Both the position numbers and the translations under genes were made by a program. A stretch of 64,000 bases of DNA from Escherichia phage vB_Eco_NicPhage. Shown one piece after another: positions 52,149 through 61,218 of this stretch. The notes beneath the pieces were generated by a model. That model had not been told where the DNA came from. It did no database searches and saw only the letters and a list, made by a program, of their open reading frames with translations. The stretch's first letter is position 1. Every line of letters begins with the position of its first letter. The stretch lies in sequence record OY726582, one strand, 5' to 3'.

Positions 52149-52789
52149 TGAATAAACCCGAGTTACTTATTGAAACTTGGGGTCAACCCGGTGAGATTAT
52201 TGATGGCGTTCCAATGTTGGAATCTCATGATGGAAAAGATTCTGGCTTAAAACCAGGGCTTTATATAGAAGGTATTTTTCTTCAGGCAGAGGTTGTTAAC
52301 CGAAATAAACGTTTATATCCTAAACGCGTTTTGGAAAAAGCAGTAAGTGACTATATTAAAGAACAAGTCGCAACCAAACAAGCCCTTGGAGAATTAAACC
52401 ATCCACCTCGTGCAAATGTTGACCCTATGCAAGCCGCTATCATTATTGAAGATATGTGGTGGAAAGGAAACGATGTATATGGACGTGCTAGAATTATTGA
52501 AGGCGACCATGGTCCCGGCGATAAATTAGCTGCTAATATACGAGCTGGTTGGATTCCAGGTGTTTCCTCTCGTGGTCTTGGTTCTTTAACCGACACCAAT
52601 AAAGGGTACCGTATCGTGAACGAAGGATTTAAATTAACCGTCGGTGTAGATGCCGTATGGGGTCCTTCTGCTCCAGATGCTTGGGTTACTCCTAAACAAA
52701 TATCAGAATCAGAAAATTCGGTGGAAATCACCAAAAACAGTGCTGATGAAGCATTTAAAGCTCTCGCAGAGAGTTTAAAAGCATTATAA
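52148..52789 (+). CDS. 21: prohead core protease gp21
   Basis: 213 aa; synteny. Confidence 0.9.
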   Translation: MNKPELLIETWGQPGEIIDGVPMLESHDGKDSGLKPGLYIEGIFLQAEVVNRNKRLYPKRVLEKAVSDYIKEQVATKQALGELNHPPRANVDPMQAAIIIEDMWWKGNDVYGRARIIEGDHGPGDKLAANIRAGWIPGVSSRGLGSLTDTNKGYRIVNEGFKLTVGVDAVWGPSAPDAWVTPKQISESENSVEITKNSADEAFKALAESLKAL

Positions 52790-52792
52790 ATA
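52785..52792 (+). promoter_or_regulatory. late promoter TATAAATA (gene 22)
   Basis: Exact consensus in 21-22 intergenic region. Confidence 0.7.
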
Positions 52793-52822
52793 ATAATGTA
52801 ATCTAAACCACAGGACACTAAA

Positions 52823-53635
52823 ATGATCAAAGAACAACTTTTGAAAGAAGCTCAGAATATCGAGACTTCAGTTGCTCTTAATAGTGTTTTCGAATCAGTA
52901 GAACTGTCTCCGGACGTTAAAGCTAATTTCAGCACTGTATTCGAAGCCACCGTTAAGCAGGAAGCAGTCAAACTAGCTGAATCTCATATCAAAGCTATCG
53001 CCGAAAAAGCCGAAGAAGAAGTTGAAAAGGCTAAAGAAGATGCTGAAGAGAAAGCTGATAAAAAATTGGCTGAACAAGCTTCTAAATTCCTGGACCATCT
53101 TGCAAAAGAATGGCTCGCAGAAAACCAAATCGCAGTTGATAAAGGCATTAAAGCTGATTTGTTCGAATCCATGCTTGGTGGTCTGAAAGAACTGTTTGTT
53201 GAACATAACGTTGTTGTTCCAGAAGAATCTGTAGATGTTGTAGCAGAAATGGAAGAAGAGCTGGCCGAACATAAAGAAGAAACCGCTCGTTTGTTCGAAG
53301 AAGTTACCAAACGTGATGCATATATCAATTACGTTCAGCGTGAAACCGCTATTAATGAAAGCGTAAAAGACCTGACTGAATCTCAGAAAGAAAAAGTTAT
53401 TGGCCTGGTTGAAGGTATGGATTATTCTGACGCATTTGGTACTAAGTTAACTGCTATTGTAGAAATGGTTAAAGGTTCTACTAAAGAAGAAGCCGCTATT
53501 ACCGAAAGTATAAATACAGTTGACAATGACGCTGCCGGTCTTAATTTTGTTGCCGAAGCAGTTGACACTACCACAACTCAGGTAGAACAGAATTCTAATG
53601 TAAGTTTATATGCGAAAGTCGCATCTCGTTTCTAA
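52823..53635 (+). CDS. 22: prohead core scaffold protein gp22
   Basis: 270 aa acidic coiled-coil; late promoter upstream. Confidence 0.9.
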   Translation: MIKEQLLKEAQNIETSVALNSVFESVELSPDVKANFSTVFEATVKQEAVKLAESHIKAIAEKAEEEVEKAKEDAEEKADKKLAEQASKFLDHLAKEWLAENQIAVDKGIKADLFESMLGGLKELFVEHNVVVPEESVDVVAEMEEELAEHKEETARLFEEVTKRDAYINYVQRETAINESVKDLTESQKEKVIGLVEGMDYSDAFGTKLTAIVEMVKGSTKEEAAITESINTVDNDAAGLNFVAEAVDTTTTQVEQNSNVSLYAKVASRF

Positions 53636-53652
53636 TTTAAAGGTTAACACAA

Positions 53653-55221
53653 ATGACTACTATCAAAACTAAAGCTCAGCTCGTAGACAAATGGAAAGAA
53701 CTGCTGGAAGGTGAAGGCCTGCCGGAAATCGCTAATAGCAAGCAGGCTATTATCGCTAAAATCTTCGAAAACCAGGAAAAAGATTTCGAAGTATCCCCTG
53801 AATATAAAGACGAGAAAATCGCTCAGGCATTTGGTTCTTTCTTGACCGAAGCTGAAATTGGTGGTGACCATGGTTATAATGCTCAGAACATCGCAGCAGG
53901 TCAAACCTCTGGTGCAGTAACCCAAATTGGGCCGGCAGTTATGGGTATGGTTCGTCGTGCTATTCCTAATCTAATCGCTTTTGATATTTGTGGTGTTCAG
54001 CCTATGAACAGCCCGACCGGTCAGGTATTTGCTCTCCGTGCAGTATATGGTAAAGACCCTATCGCTGCTGGCGCTAAAGAAGCTTTCCATCCGATGTATG
54101 CCCCAGACGCGATGTTCTCTGGTCAGGGTGCTGCTAAGAAATTCCCAGCTCTGGCTGCTGACACTACTACTGTTGTAGGTGATATCTATACTCACTTCTT
54201 CCAAGAAACTGGTACTGTATATCTGCAAGCTTCTGCTGTCGTAACACTTGATTCTGGTGCAACTGATGCAGCTAAATTAGATGCAGAAGTTAAGAAACAA
54301 ATGGAAGCTGGTGCACTGGTAGAAATCGCTGAAGGTATGGCTACTTCTATCGCTGAACTCCAGGAAGGTTTCAACGGTTCTACCGATAACCCATGGAATG
54401 AAATGGGCTTCCGTATCGATAAACAAGTTATCGAAGCTAAATCTCGCCAGCTGAAAGCTGCTTACTCTATCGAATTAGCACAAGACCTCCGTGCAGTACA
54501 CGGTATGGATGCTGATGCTGAACTGAGCGGTATTCTGGCTACAGAAATTATGCTAGAAATCAACCGTGAAGTTGTTGATTGGATTAACTACTCAGCACAG
54601 GTTGGTAAATCTGGTATGACCCTGACTCCGGGTTCTAAAGCTGGTGTATTTGACTTCCAGGACCCGATTGATATCCGTGGTGCTCGTTGGGCCGGTGAAA
54701 GCTTTAAATCTCTGTTGTTCCAGATTGATAAAGAAGCAGTTGAAATTGCTCGTCAAACCGGTCGTGGTGAAGGTAACTTCATTATCGCTTCCCGTAACGT
54801 AGTTAACGTACTGGCTTCAGTTGATACTGGTATTTCTTACGCTGCACAGGGCCTGGCTTCTGGTTTTAATACCGACACTACTAAGTCTGTATTTGCCGGT
54901 GTACTTGGTGGTAAATACCGCGTATACATCGACCAGTATGCTAAACAGGATTACTTCACCGTTGGTTACAAAGGCGCTAACGAAATGGATGCAGGTATTT
55001 ACTATGCTCCTTACGTTGCACTTACCCCGCTGCGTGGTTCCGATCCTAAGAACTTCCAGCCGGTAATGGGCTTTAAAACTCGTTACGGTATCGGTGTTAA
55101 CCCGTTTGCTGAAAGTTCCCTGCAGGCTCCAGGTGCTCGCATCCAGTCCGGTATGCCATCTATCCTGAACAGCCTTGGTAAGAACGCTTACTTCCGCCGT
55201 GTATATGTAAAAGGCATCTAA
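53653..55221 (+). CDS. 23: major capsid protein gp23
   Basis: 522 aa; codon usage typical of a highly expressed gene; terminator downstream. Confidence 0.95.
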   Translation: MTTIKTKAQLVDKWKELLEGEGLPEIANSKQAIIAKIFENQEKDFEVSPEYKDEKIAQAFGSFLTEAEIGGDHGYNAQNIAAGQTSGAVTQIGPAVMGMVRRAIPNLIAFDICGVQPMNSPTGQVFALRAVYGKDPIAAGAKEAFHPMYAPDAMFSGQGAAKKFPALAADTTTVVGDIYTHFFQETGTVYLQASAVVTLDSGATDAAKLDAEVKKQMEAGALVEIAEGMATSIAELQEGFNGSTDNPWNEMGFRIDKQVIEAKSRQLKAAYSIELAQDLRAVHGMDADAELSGILATEIMLEINREVVDWINYSAQVGKSGMTLTPGSKAGVFDFQDPIDIRGARWAGESFKSLLFQIDKEAVEIARQTGRGEGNFIIASRNVVNVLASVDTGISYAAQGLASGFNTDTTKSVFAGVLGGKYRVYIDQYAKQDYFTVGYKGANEMDAGIYYAPYVALTPLRGSDPKNFQPVMGFKTRYGIGVNPFAESSLQAPGARIQSGMPSILNSLGKNAYFRRVYVKGI

Positions 55222-55242
55222 TCTTAATTGATTAAATCTTAT

Positions 55243-55276
55243 TTTGGGAGACTTCGGTCTCCCATTTTTGGTTTTA
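55243..55276 (+). terminator. rho-independent terminator after gene 23
   Basis: TGGGAGAC-TTCG-GTCTCCCA + TTTTTGGTTTT. Confidence 0.75.
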
Positions 55277-55543
55277 TTTCTGTGCAATTTCGATGTAAGT
55301 TTTCAAAATATTTTGCCAATTAGGCATACCTTCTTGGACATATGCCGGAGAACCATCTTTGTTTTTGAATGATGCAAGTTTATCAGTGGCCCAATAACCT
55401 TTAGCTCGAGCTTCAGAATCAACTTTCATCCATACTTTGTTGAAGGCATTACCATTAACTTTTGCACCATATTTTTCTACTAACTTAACTGCTTCAGCTT
55501 CCAGAACTTTTAAAGTATCTCGTAAGAAACGTGCTTTAGTCAT
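55274..55543 (-). CDS. hypothetical early protein encoded antisense between late genes 23 and 24
   Basis: 89 aa; SD AGAGGAG; own early promoter cassette at 55563..55603; occupies the T4 segD position but has no endonuclease motifs. Confidence 0.55.
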   Translation of the reverse strand: MTKARFLRDTLKVLEAEAVKLVEKYGAKVNGNAFNKVWMKVDSEARAKGYWATDKLASFKNKDGSPAYVQEGMPNWQNILKTYIEIAQK

Positions 55544-55562
55544 TTTGTTTACTCCTCTGTAG

Positions 55563-55603
55563 TTGATAAGTCTATAGTATCACATACTAAATACGTTGTA
55601 AAC
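55563..55603 (-). promoter_or_regulatory. early promoter cassette inside late region
   Basis: GTTTACAACG...GATACTATAGACTTATC upstream of minus-strand ORF 55274..55543. Confidence 0.5.
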
Positions 55604-55609
55604 AATCTT

Positions 55610-55617
55610 TATAAATA
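55610..55617 (+). promoter_or_regulatory. late promoter TATAAATA (gene 24)
   Basis: Exact consensus about 28 nt upstream of gp24 ATG. Confidence 0.65.
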
Positions 55618-55644
55618 ATCTATATCACATAAGGAAAAAATGCA

Positions 55645-56928
55645 ATGAGTAAAATCCAAAAATTATTGCGTGAATCTACAACGTCTACTAGCAACTCAAT
55701 TGGTCGCCCAAATCTCGTTGCTTTGACTCGCGCTACGACTAAATTAGTATATTCTGACATTGTAGCAACACAAAGAACTAATCAACCTGTTGCTGCTTTT
55801 TATGGTATCAAATATCTTAACCCAGATAATGAATTTACATTTAAAACTGGTGCTACTTATGCTGGCGAAGTTGGATATGTAGACCGAGAAAAAATTACTG
55901 AACTCACAGAAGAATCAAAAGTCACACTAAATAAAGGTGATTTTTTCAAATATAATAATATCGTCTATAAAGTGTTAGAAGATACACCATTTGCAGATAT
56001 TCAAGAAAGTGATCTAGAATTAGCTCTTCAGATTGCAGTCGTTCATTTAAAGGTACGGTTATTTTCAGATGCAGCGGTAACAAGCAAATTTGAAAGCTCT
56101 GATAGCGAAATTTCTGATGCAAGATTCCAGATTAATAAATGGCAAACTTCAGTCAAATCTCGTAAACTTAAAACTGGCCTCACGGTTGAATTAGCGCAAG
56201 ATTTGGAAGCGAATGGATTTGATGCCCCTAACTTCTTAGAAGATTTGCTTGCTACTGAAATGGCTGATGAAATTAATAAAGATATTCTTCAGTCTTTAAT
56301 TACTGTATCGAAACGTTATAAAGTTACTGGAATTACTGACACCGGATTTATTGACTTGAGCTATGCATCCGCTCCAGAAGCAGGTCGTTCATTATATCGA
56401 ATGGTGTGTGAAATGGTATCACACATTCAAAAAGAGACAACTTATACTGCAACGTTTTGTGTAGCCTCAGCTCGTGCAGCTGCTATTCTTGCTGCTTCTG
56501 GTTGGTTAAAACATAAGCCAGAAGATGACAAGTATCTTTCACAAAATGCTTATGGATTCTTGGCAAATGGATTACCTCTTTACTGCGATACCAACAGTCC
56601 GTTAGATTATGTTATTGTGGGTGTTGTAGAAAATATCGGCGAAAAAGAAATTGTAGGGTCCATCTTTTATGCTCCATACACTGAAGGAGTAGATTTAGAT
56701 GACCCGGAACATGTCGGTGCATTTAAAGTTGTAGTTGATCCGGAAAGTTTGCAACCGTCTATCGGATTATTGGTTAGATATGCTTTATCAGCAAATCCTT
56801 ACACAGTAGCAAAAGACGAAAAAGAAGCGAGAATAATTGATGGTGGGGACATGGATAAAATGGCAGGACGTTCAGACTTGTCTGTTTTACTCGGTGTTAA
56901 ATTGCCTAAAATTATTATAGATGAATAA
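55645..56928 (+). CDS. 24: capsid vertex protein gp24
   Basis: 427 aa as in T4; paralog of gp23; late promoter upstream. Confidence 0.95.
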   Translation: MSKIQKLLRESTTSTSNSIGRPNLVALTRATTKLVYSDIVATQRTNQPVAAFYGIKYLNPDNEFTFKTGATYAGEVGYVDREKITELTEESKVTLNKGDFFKYNNIVYKVLEDTPFADIQESDLELALQIAVVHLKVRLFSDAAVTSKFESSDSEISDARFQINKWQTSVKSRKLKTGLTVELAQDLEANGFDAPNFLEDLLATEMADEINKDILQSLITVSKRYKVTGITDTGFIDLSYASAPEAGRSLYRMVCEMVSHIQKETTYTATFCVASARAAAILAASGWLKHKPEDDKYLSQNAYGFLANGLPLYCDTNSPLDYVIVGVVENIGEKEIVGSIFYAPYTEGVDLDDPEHVGAFKVVVDPESLQPSIGLLVRYALSANPYTVAKDEKEARIIDGGDMDKMAGRSDLSVLLGVKLPKIIIDE

Positions 56929-56930
56929 AC

Positions 56931-56960
56931 AAAAAAAGGGACCTTACGGTCCCTTTTTTC
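56931..56960. terminator. bidirectional terminator between gene 24 and rnlB
   Basis: AAAAAAA-GGGACC-TTAC-GGTCCC-TTTTTT, flanked by convergent genes. Confidence 0.75.
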
Positions 56961-56961
56961 G

Positions 56962-57960
56962 TTATGATACTAATTCAATCCATGCAGGACGCAGAACATC
57001 TTGCACCATTCGGACTAATTCTTTCTTAACAAGATTCGGATTATCAGATGATGTTAATACAATACCTTCACGAGAAGTTTCTTCCAGAATATCTTGAACA
57101 GTCAATCCCATCACTTTGCCAAAATCTTTTGGCGTTACAGTCCCAATCTTAGAAATAACATTATTAACACGATTTAATGTAACATAACAAGCTAGAACAT
57201 CAAGCAAGTTTTTGTCAATTTCGGTTAATGGAACCTGAGTTTTAATAGGCTTATCAGACTTTTTCTTTTCACTGAATTTAGAGTTCTTGCACTTAATAGC
57301 TACACGAGTACCGTTTGGCAGCCATTTAGGAAAACAAGGCTTCAGAACATAACCTTCTGCTGTATTATCGCCAATAACATTAGCATCAAATACACAATTA
57401 TTTGCTTCTACAAGGTCTTCTGACGCAGTAGCATTATAAGCGGCTAAGACAGAATCAAGGTCGTTTGGAATCATGATAAGAGCATCAAATGTGCCACGTC
57501 CAAGCATTGGTGCCATTTTAAAACCGAATTCATTACAGAAATCTTGCATTTCGTAATCGGTCAAATACGTATTATCACCACTTTCTGTATTGATAAGGAT
57601 ATCGAACACATAAAAATCTTTTTCACCGTAGTCAACACCTTTCTGGATTCCACCACCAGCGAATTCACCAAAGACCTGATATGATACAGCTCGAGAACTA
57701 CCCATTACTTCTTGAACGTTTTTAATAGCCTTATCATACTTCTTGAGTACAATTTCATAACCATAAAAATCTTCTGCTGGAAGAATAGGGCCTGTGCGCT
57801 TGGCGCATGTGACGTTGTCACGTTCAATTATTAACGAGAAGTTAGTCCCATGGATTTTCTCACGTGCTACCCAAACACCAGTAGTCAAACCATTAGTGTA
57901 GAGTTTTTCAATAAACTTAGAGTTGTAGTGGTTTTCAAGACTGCTGTATTTCTTAAACAT
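56962..57960 (-). CDS. rnlB: RNA ligase 2
   Basis: 332 aa; near-identity to T4 Rnl2 as recalled ([21 protein letters not shown]...[12 protein letters not shown] with nucleotidyl-transferase motif I Lys). Confidence 0.9.
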   Translation of the reverse strand: MFKKYSSLENHYNSKFIEKLYTNGLTTGVWVAREKIHGTNFSLIIERDNVTCAKRTGPILPAEDFYGYEIVLKKYDKAIKNVQEVMGSSRAVSYQVFGEFAGGGIQKGVDYGEKDFYVFDILINTESGDNTYLTDYEMQDFCNEFGFKMAPMLGRGTFDALIMIPNDLDSVLAAYNATASEDLVEANNCVFDANVIGDNTAEGYVLKPCFPKWLPNGTRVAIKCKNSKFSEKKKSDKPIKTQVPLTEIDKNLLDVLACYVTLNRVNNVISKIGTVTPKDFGKVMGLTVQDILEETSREGIVLTSSDNPNLVKKELVRMVQDVLRPAWIELVS

Positions 57961-58045
57961 AAATCACCATTATAAATAATAATATCAAAATAATTAGCAG
58001 AGACTCTATCTCTGACCGGATGTTTAATTTGAATGGATAGAACCT

Positions 58046-58080
58046 AGATTCATTATACCATCAAAAATTGTAAAGCATAT
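58046..58080 (-). promoter_or_regulatory. middle (MotA-dependent-type) promoter upstream of rnlB
   Basis: Minus strand ATATGCTTTACA + 13 bp + TATAAT. Confidence 0.45.
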
Positions 58081-58331
58081 TAGAACTTGATTTCTATCCA
58101 ATGACCATCACGCTGGTCGTGATTAATTTTGTACTGAAAGCCGTTATCACGAAGCCATTGACCGACTTGTTCAGTTATAGTTAAATCATTCTTTGACGGA
58201 TAGTACGTGAATTGTGTCTGGCCTTTATCAGCGGCTTTCTCTGCCATCACAGAGAAGTTAGTAATAAAATCACTCAACAAATTAGCTTTAGTGGCCAGCG
58301 CCCTTTCTCTTAATTCCTGTGCAAAACTCAT
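58080..58331 (-). CDS. hypothetical protein (T4 24.2 position)
   Basis: 83 aa ORF between rnlB and hoc. Confidence 0.5.
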   Translation of the reverse strand: MSFAQELRERALATKANLLSDFITNFSVMAEKAADKGQTQFTYYPSKNDLTITEQVGQWLRDNGFQYKINHDQRDGHWIEIKF

Positions 58332-58528
58332 TTCTTCACCTTTTTGTTAATCAAACGTTTACGGTATACAACTTTTTCTTTTGCTTTAAACTTTGACCGA
58401 GCTGTCTCGGCTTTAGTCCATAGTAATCCAACTTCTTTAGGTTGTAAACCAATTTTTTGAGCAATTTCTACGAATGAAAATCCCGCCTCATGTAATGTAT
58501 AAACTTCAACTTCAGCTCTCATAATCAA
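58328..58528 (-). CDS. small basic protein, possible HTH (T4 24.3 position)
   Basis: 66 aa; FSFVEIAQKIGLQPKEV resembles a helix-turn-helix. Confidence 0.45.
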   Translation of the reverse strand: MIMRAEVEVYTLHEAGFSFVEIAQKIGLQPKEVGLLWTKAETARSKFKAKEKVVYRKRLINKKVKK

Positions 58529-58590
58529 TCCCGTATTATTTGGTTTGTGCCATTATATACATAAATCTCAAGTTGTGTTTTGTATGCTTT

Positions 58591-58620
58591 AAAAACGAAG
58601 AAAGGGGCCGAAGCCCCTTA
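58591..58620 (-). terminator. rho-independent terminator after hoc
   Basis: Minus strand GGGGC-TTCG-GCCCC + TTTCTTCGTTTTT. Confidence 0.65.
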
Positions 58621-58623
58621 CGA

Positions 58624-59754
58624 TTATGGATACGTATAGATGATACCAGTTTCCAAAGCAGTTTTATGGATGATGTATCCATTACGTGATTCTTGAACAT
58701 CAACTTCCGGATAGTCTTTCATCATCTTCTGAAGAGTGTAACGATGCAGGTAGTATTTACTATCTGGATCTTCAGTTTTCCAATCTTTACCTTCTTCAGT
58801 CATTTTTTGGATTTCATCCATAACCCACCAACCGCACCAGATGTAAGCTGAAGTACGATGTGGAAGAGGATGAACATAAGGTAGTTCACCTTCTGGTTCT
58901 GGAGCAACTTTATCAGTTACCTGAACTTGACCTTCTGCTGTAATAGTTTTGCTATCGTAATCAGTTGCAGTAATAGTTGCAGTAACTTCAATAGTTTGAC
59001 TTCCAATAGACGAGGTATCAACGGTATATACATTAGTTGACCCTTCTACAGGAGAAGAATCTTTCTTCCATGAATACGCAATTTGCGCTTCTTCTGGAGC
59101 ATCCGTAACATTAGCCGTAAATGTAGCCGAAGCATCTTGTTGAACATTAATAGAAGGAGGAGTCAATGTAACCTGTGGATTCATTGTCTTCTTATTAACC
59201 GTTAATGATACTTCATTCGAAGTAACTTCCTTTGCATCATAATCTGTCGCAGTTACTTGGGCTACACATTTAATTCTTTTTACTCCACTTGTAGTTGGAG
59301 TATAGCTAAATGTAGAGTTAGTTTCTCCACCAACCTGTGAATCATCTACATACCACTGATACGTAGCAGACGCTCCAGCTGGTTGAGAAGCTAAGGCAGC
59401 AGTAAATTGAACTGGGGTTCCAATTACTCCAGCTGAAGGACTATTGGGAGTTACAGCTAAGGTAGTCGTTTGTGTCTTGTTTTGAACTGTGATGGTTGTA
59501 GAAGCTTCTGCTGTTTCAGCTTCAGCTTCTGGAACTGTATTTGTTGCAACTACTTTAATAGTCTTTTGACCGGCAGGTCCTTTTAGTACATAACTAAAAG
59601 TTGCTTCAGCTCCATCTTGCGGAACATCATCTACAGACCAAGCATATGTAATAGTTCCACCTCCAGTTTCACCACTGGGAGTAGCAGTAAACTGCTTAGT
59701 CTCATCTATAACTCCAGTAGGTGTTTTAGGAGTTATATCAACTGTAAAAGCCAT
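58624..59754 (-). CDS. hoc: highly immunogenic outer capsid protein Hoc
   Basis: 376 aa as T4 Hoc; Thr/Val-rich Ig-like repeats and conserved C-terminal capsid-binding region. Confidence 0.85.
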   Translation of the reverse strand: MAFTVDITPKTPTGVIDETKQFTATPSGETGGGTITYAWSVDDVPQDGAEATFSYVLKGPAGQKTIKVVATNTVPEAEAETAEASTTITVQNKTQTTTLAVTPNSPSAGVIGTPVQFTAALASQPAGASATYQWYVDDSQVGGETNSTFSYTPTTSGVKRIKCVAQVTATDYDAKEVTSNEVSLTVNKKTMNPQVTLTPPSINVQQDASATFTANVTDAPEEAQIAYSWKKDSSPVEGSTNVYTVDTSSIGSQTIEVTATITATDYDSKTITAEGQVQVTDKVAPEPEGELPYVHPLPHRTSAYIWCGWWVMDEIQKMTEEGKDWKTEDPDSKYYLHRYTLQKMMKDYPEVDVQESRNGYIIHKTALETGIIYTYP

Positions 59755-59763
59755 AAGTTATCC

Positions 59764-60432
59764 TTATTTTAATGTTACGAAAGAAGAATTACGAGTTTCA
59801 CGAATTAGAACTGATCCATCGCGATTAATATAATAAATTAAGCTAAATAATGTTTGGTGAGCAGAAGCATGCACAAAACTAGTTGGGCGAGATTTCCAAT
59901 CTGGGGTTTCGGCTATCCATTGATAAATCCACCAAGGAACAGTAACATATCCTGGGCCTTTGCCTAATTTAATGAGTGTAGGACTAAAATTTTCAGGCAG
60001 AACAAATTTTACTTCTTTATTTACCTCTGGCTCCGGCTCTTTTTCAGATTCAACAACCTGAGTAATTGCTTCTTCGAATTTATCATGGTCGAATTCTTTT
60101 TCTTGTTCGACAACTTCTAATACTTCAACTTGTTCTGTTGGAGAATCAAACAACAGAATAGCTTCTTCTTTAACTTCTTCGTTGGTGAAATTAACACCGT
60201 CCACATCATCTGCGGCAGTAATTAAATCGGTGATAGATAATCCATCGGTTTCAGGTAATGGTTCATCAGCCAGTGCGTTAAGAGCTTCTTCGATATCAAT
60301 AACAATATTATCGAATGATTTTGTTTTCTTAACACTAATGCCAAATTGTTCCGCATATTCAAACAGTTTAGCTTTGGCTTCCTTTTTATCAGAAAGAGCA
60401 CGTAACTCTTCAATATAGTCTTTATCGATCAT
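59764..60432 (-). CDS. inh: prohead protease inhibitor Inh
   Basis: 222 aa; synteny hoc-inh-segE-uvsW; SD GAGGAAAT. Confidence 0.75.
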   Translation of the reverse strand: MIDKDYIEELRALSDKKEAKAKLFEYAEQFGISVKKTKSFDNIVIDIEEALNALADEPLPETDGLSITDLITAADDVDGVNFTNEEVKEEAILLFDSPTEQVEVLEVVEQEKEFDHDKFEEAITQVVESEKEPEPEVNKEVKFVLPENFSPTLIKLGKGPGYVTVPWWIYQWIAETPDWKSRPTSFVHASAHQTLFSLIYYINRDGSVLIRETRNSSFVTLK

Positions 60433-60445
60433 GGTATTTCCTCAT

Positions 60446-60453
60446 TATAAATA
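60446..60453 (+). promoter_or_regulatory. late promoter TATAAATA upstream of segE-like/uvsW
   Basis: Exact consensus in inh/segE divergent region. Confidence 0.55.
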
Positions 60454-60481
60454 TAACTATATTTATTACATGGAAAAGAGT

Positions 60482-61213
60482 ATGTATCACTTTGTTTATG
60501 AGACCGTAAATTTAATTAATGGTAAAAAGTACATTGGCAAACATTCTACAGAAAATTTAAATGATTCGTATCTAGGGTCAGGTGTTGCCTTAAATCGCGC
60601 TATCAAAAAATACGGAGAAGAATCATTTAAACGTTCAATAATTAAACAATTTGAAACTTCCGCTGAAGCTTTAGAATACGAAGCTCAGTTAGTAACAGAG
60701 GATTTGGTCAAATCTAACGAGTATTATAATATGCGCCAAGGCGGTGAAGGTGGAAGGTATAAGTACACCGAAGCTGATAAGACTAAAATGTCTAATAGTG
60801 CTAAAGAACGAATAAAGAGGCTTGGTCATAATCTTTTAGGAAAACACAGATCGGAAGAAACAAAAAGAAAACTATCTGAAACAAATAAACGTCGATACTC
60901 TGAAGACCCAACATGCCACGGGCGGTATGGTACAGGAAAGCCAAAGATTGATAAAATTAAAGGTCCTAAAAATCCTACAACTCTAAATAAAATTTGTGTT
61001 AACAACGGTAAAGAAAACAGATTTATATCAGCCGAGGACCCGATGCCTGAAGGATTTGTAAAAGGAATGGTCCAACTTAATAGAAAATCTAGAAAGGGCT
61101 GTGAAGTAAAACCTACGACCACCGGCAGAATATGGGTAAATAACGGGGCTATAAATAAATTAGTAAATCCGTTATCCATCCCAGATGGATATGTTAAAGG
61201 CCGTTTAAGGTAA
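60482..61213 (+). CDS. segE: GIY-YIG homing endonuclease, SegE-like
   Basis: Track ORF 60431..61213; start likely MYHFVYETVN (SD GGAAAAG; alt ATG 60470); GIY-YIG module YHFVYETVN...KYIGKHS and C-terminal NUMOD-like repeats; T4 segE occupies this position. Confidence 0.7.
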   Translation: MYHFVYETVNLINGKKYIGKHSTENLNDSYLGSGVALNRAIKKYGEESFKRSIIKQFETSAEALEYEAQLVTEDLVKSNEYYNMRQGGEGGRYKYTEADKTKMSNSAKERIKRLGHNLLGKHRSEETKRKLSETNKRRYSEDPTCHGRYGTGKPKIDKIKGPKNPTTLNKICVNNGKENRFISAEDPMPEGFVKGMVQLNRKSRKGCEVKPTTTGRIWVNNGAINKLVNPLSIPDGYVKGRLR

Positions 61214-61218
61214 TTATT

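Noticed and set aside
52973-53328. Minus-strand ORFs (99 and 114 aa) inside gene 22
   Set aside because: Low-complexity antisense frames of the acidic scaffold gene; no expression signals.
54817-55287. Minus-strand 156-aa ORF overlapping the 3' end of gene 23
   Set aside because: Antisense to the major capsid gene and crossing its terminator; the shorter minus ORF 55274..55543 with SD and promoter is the plausible gene in this area.
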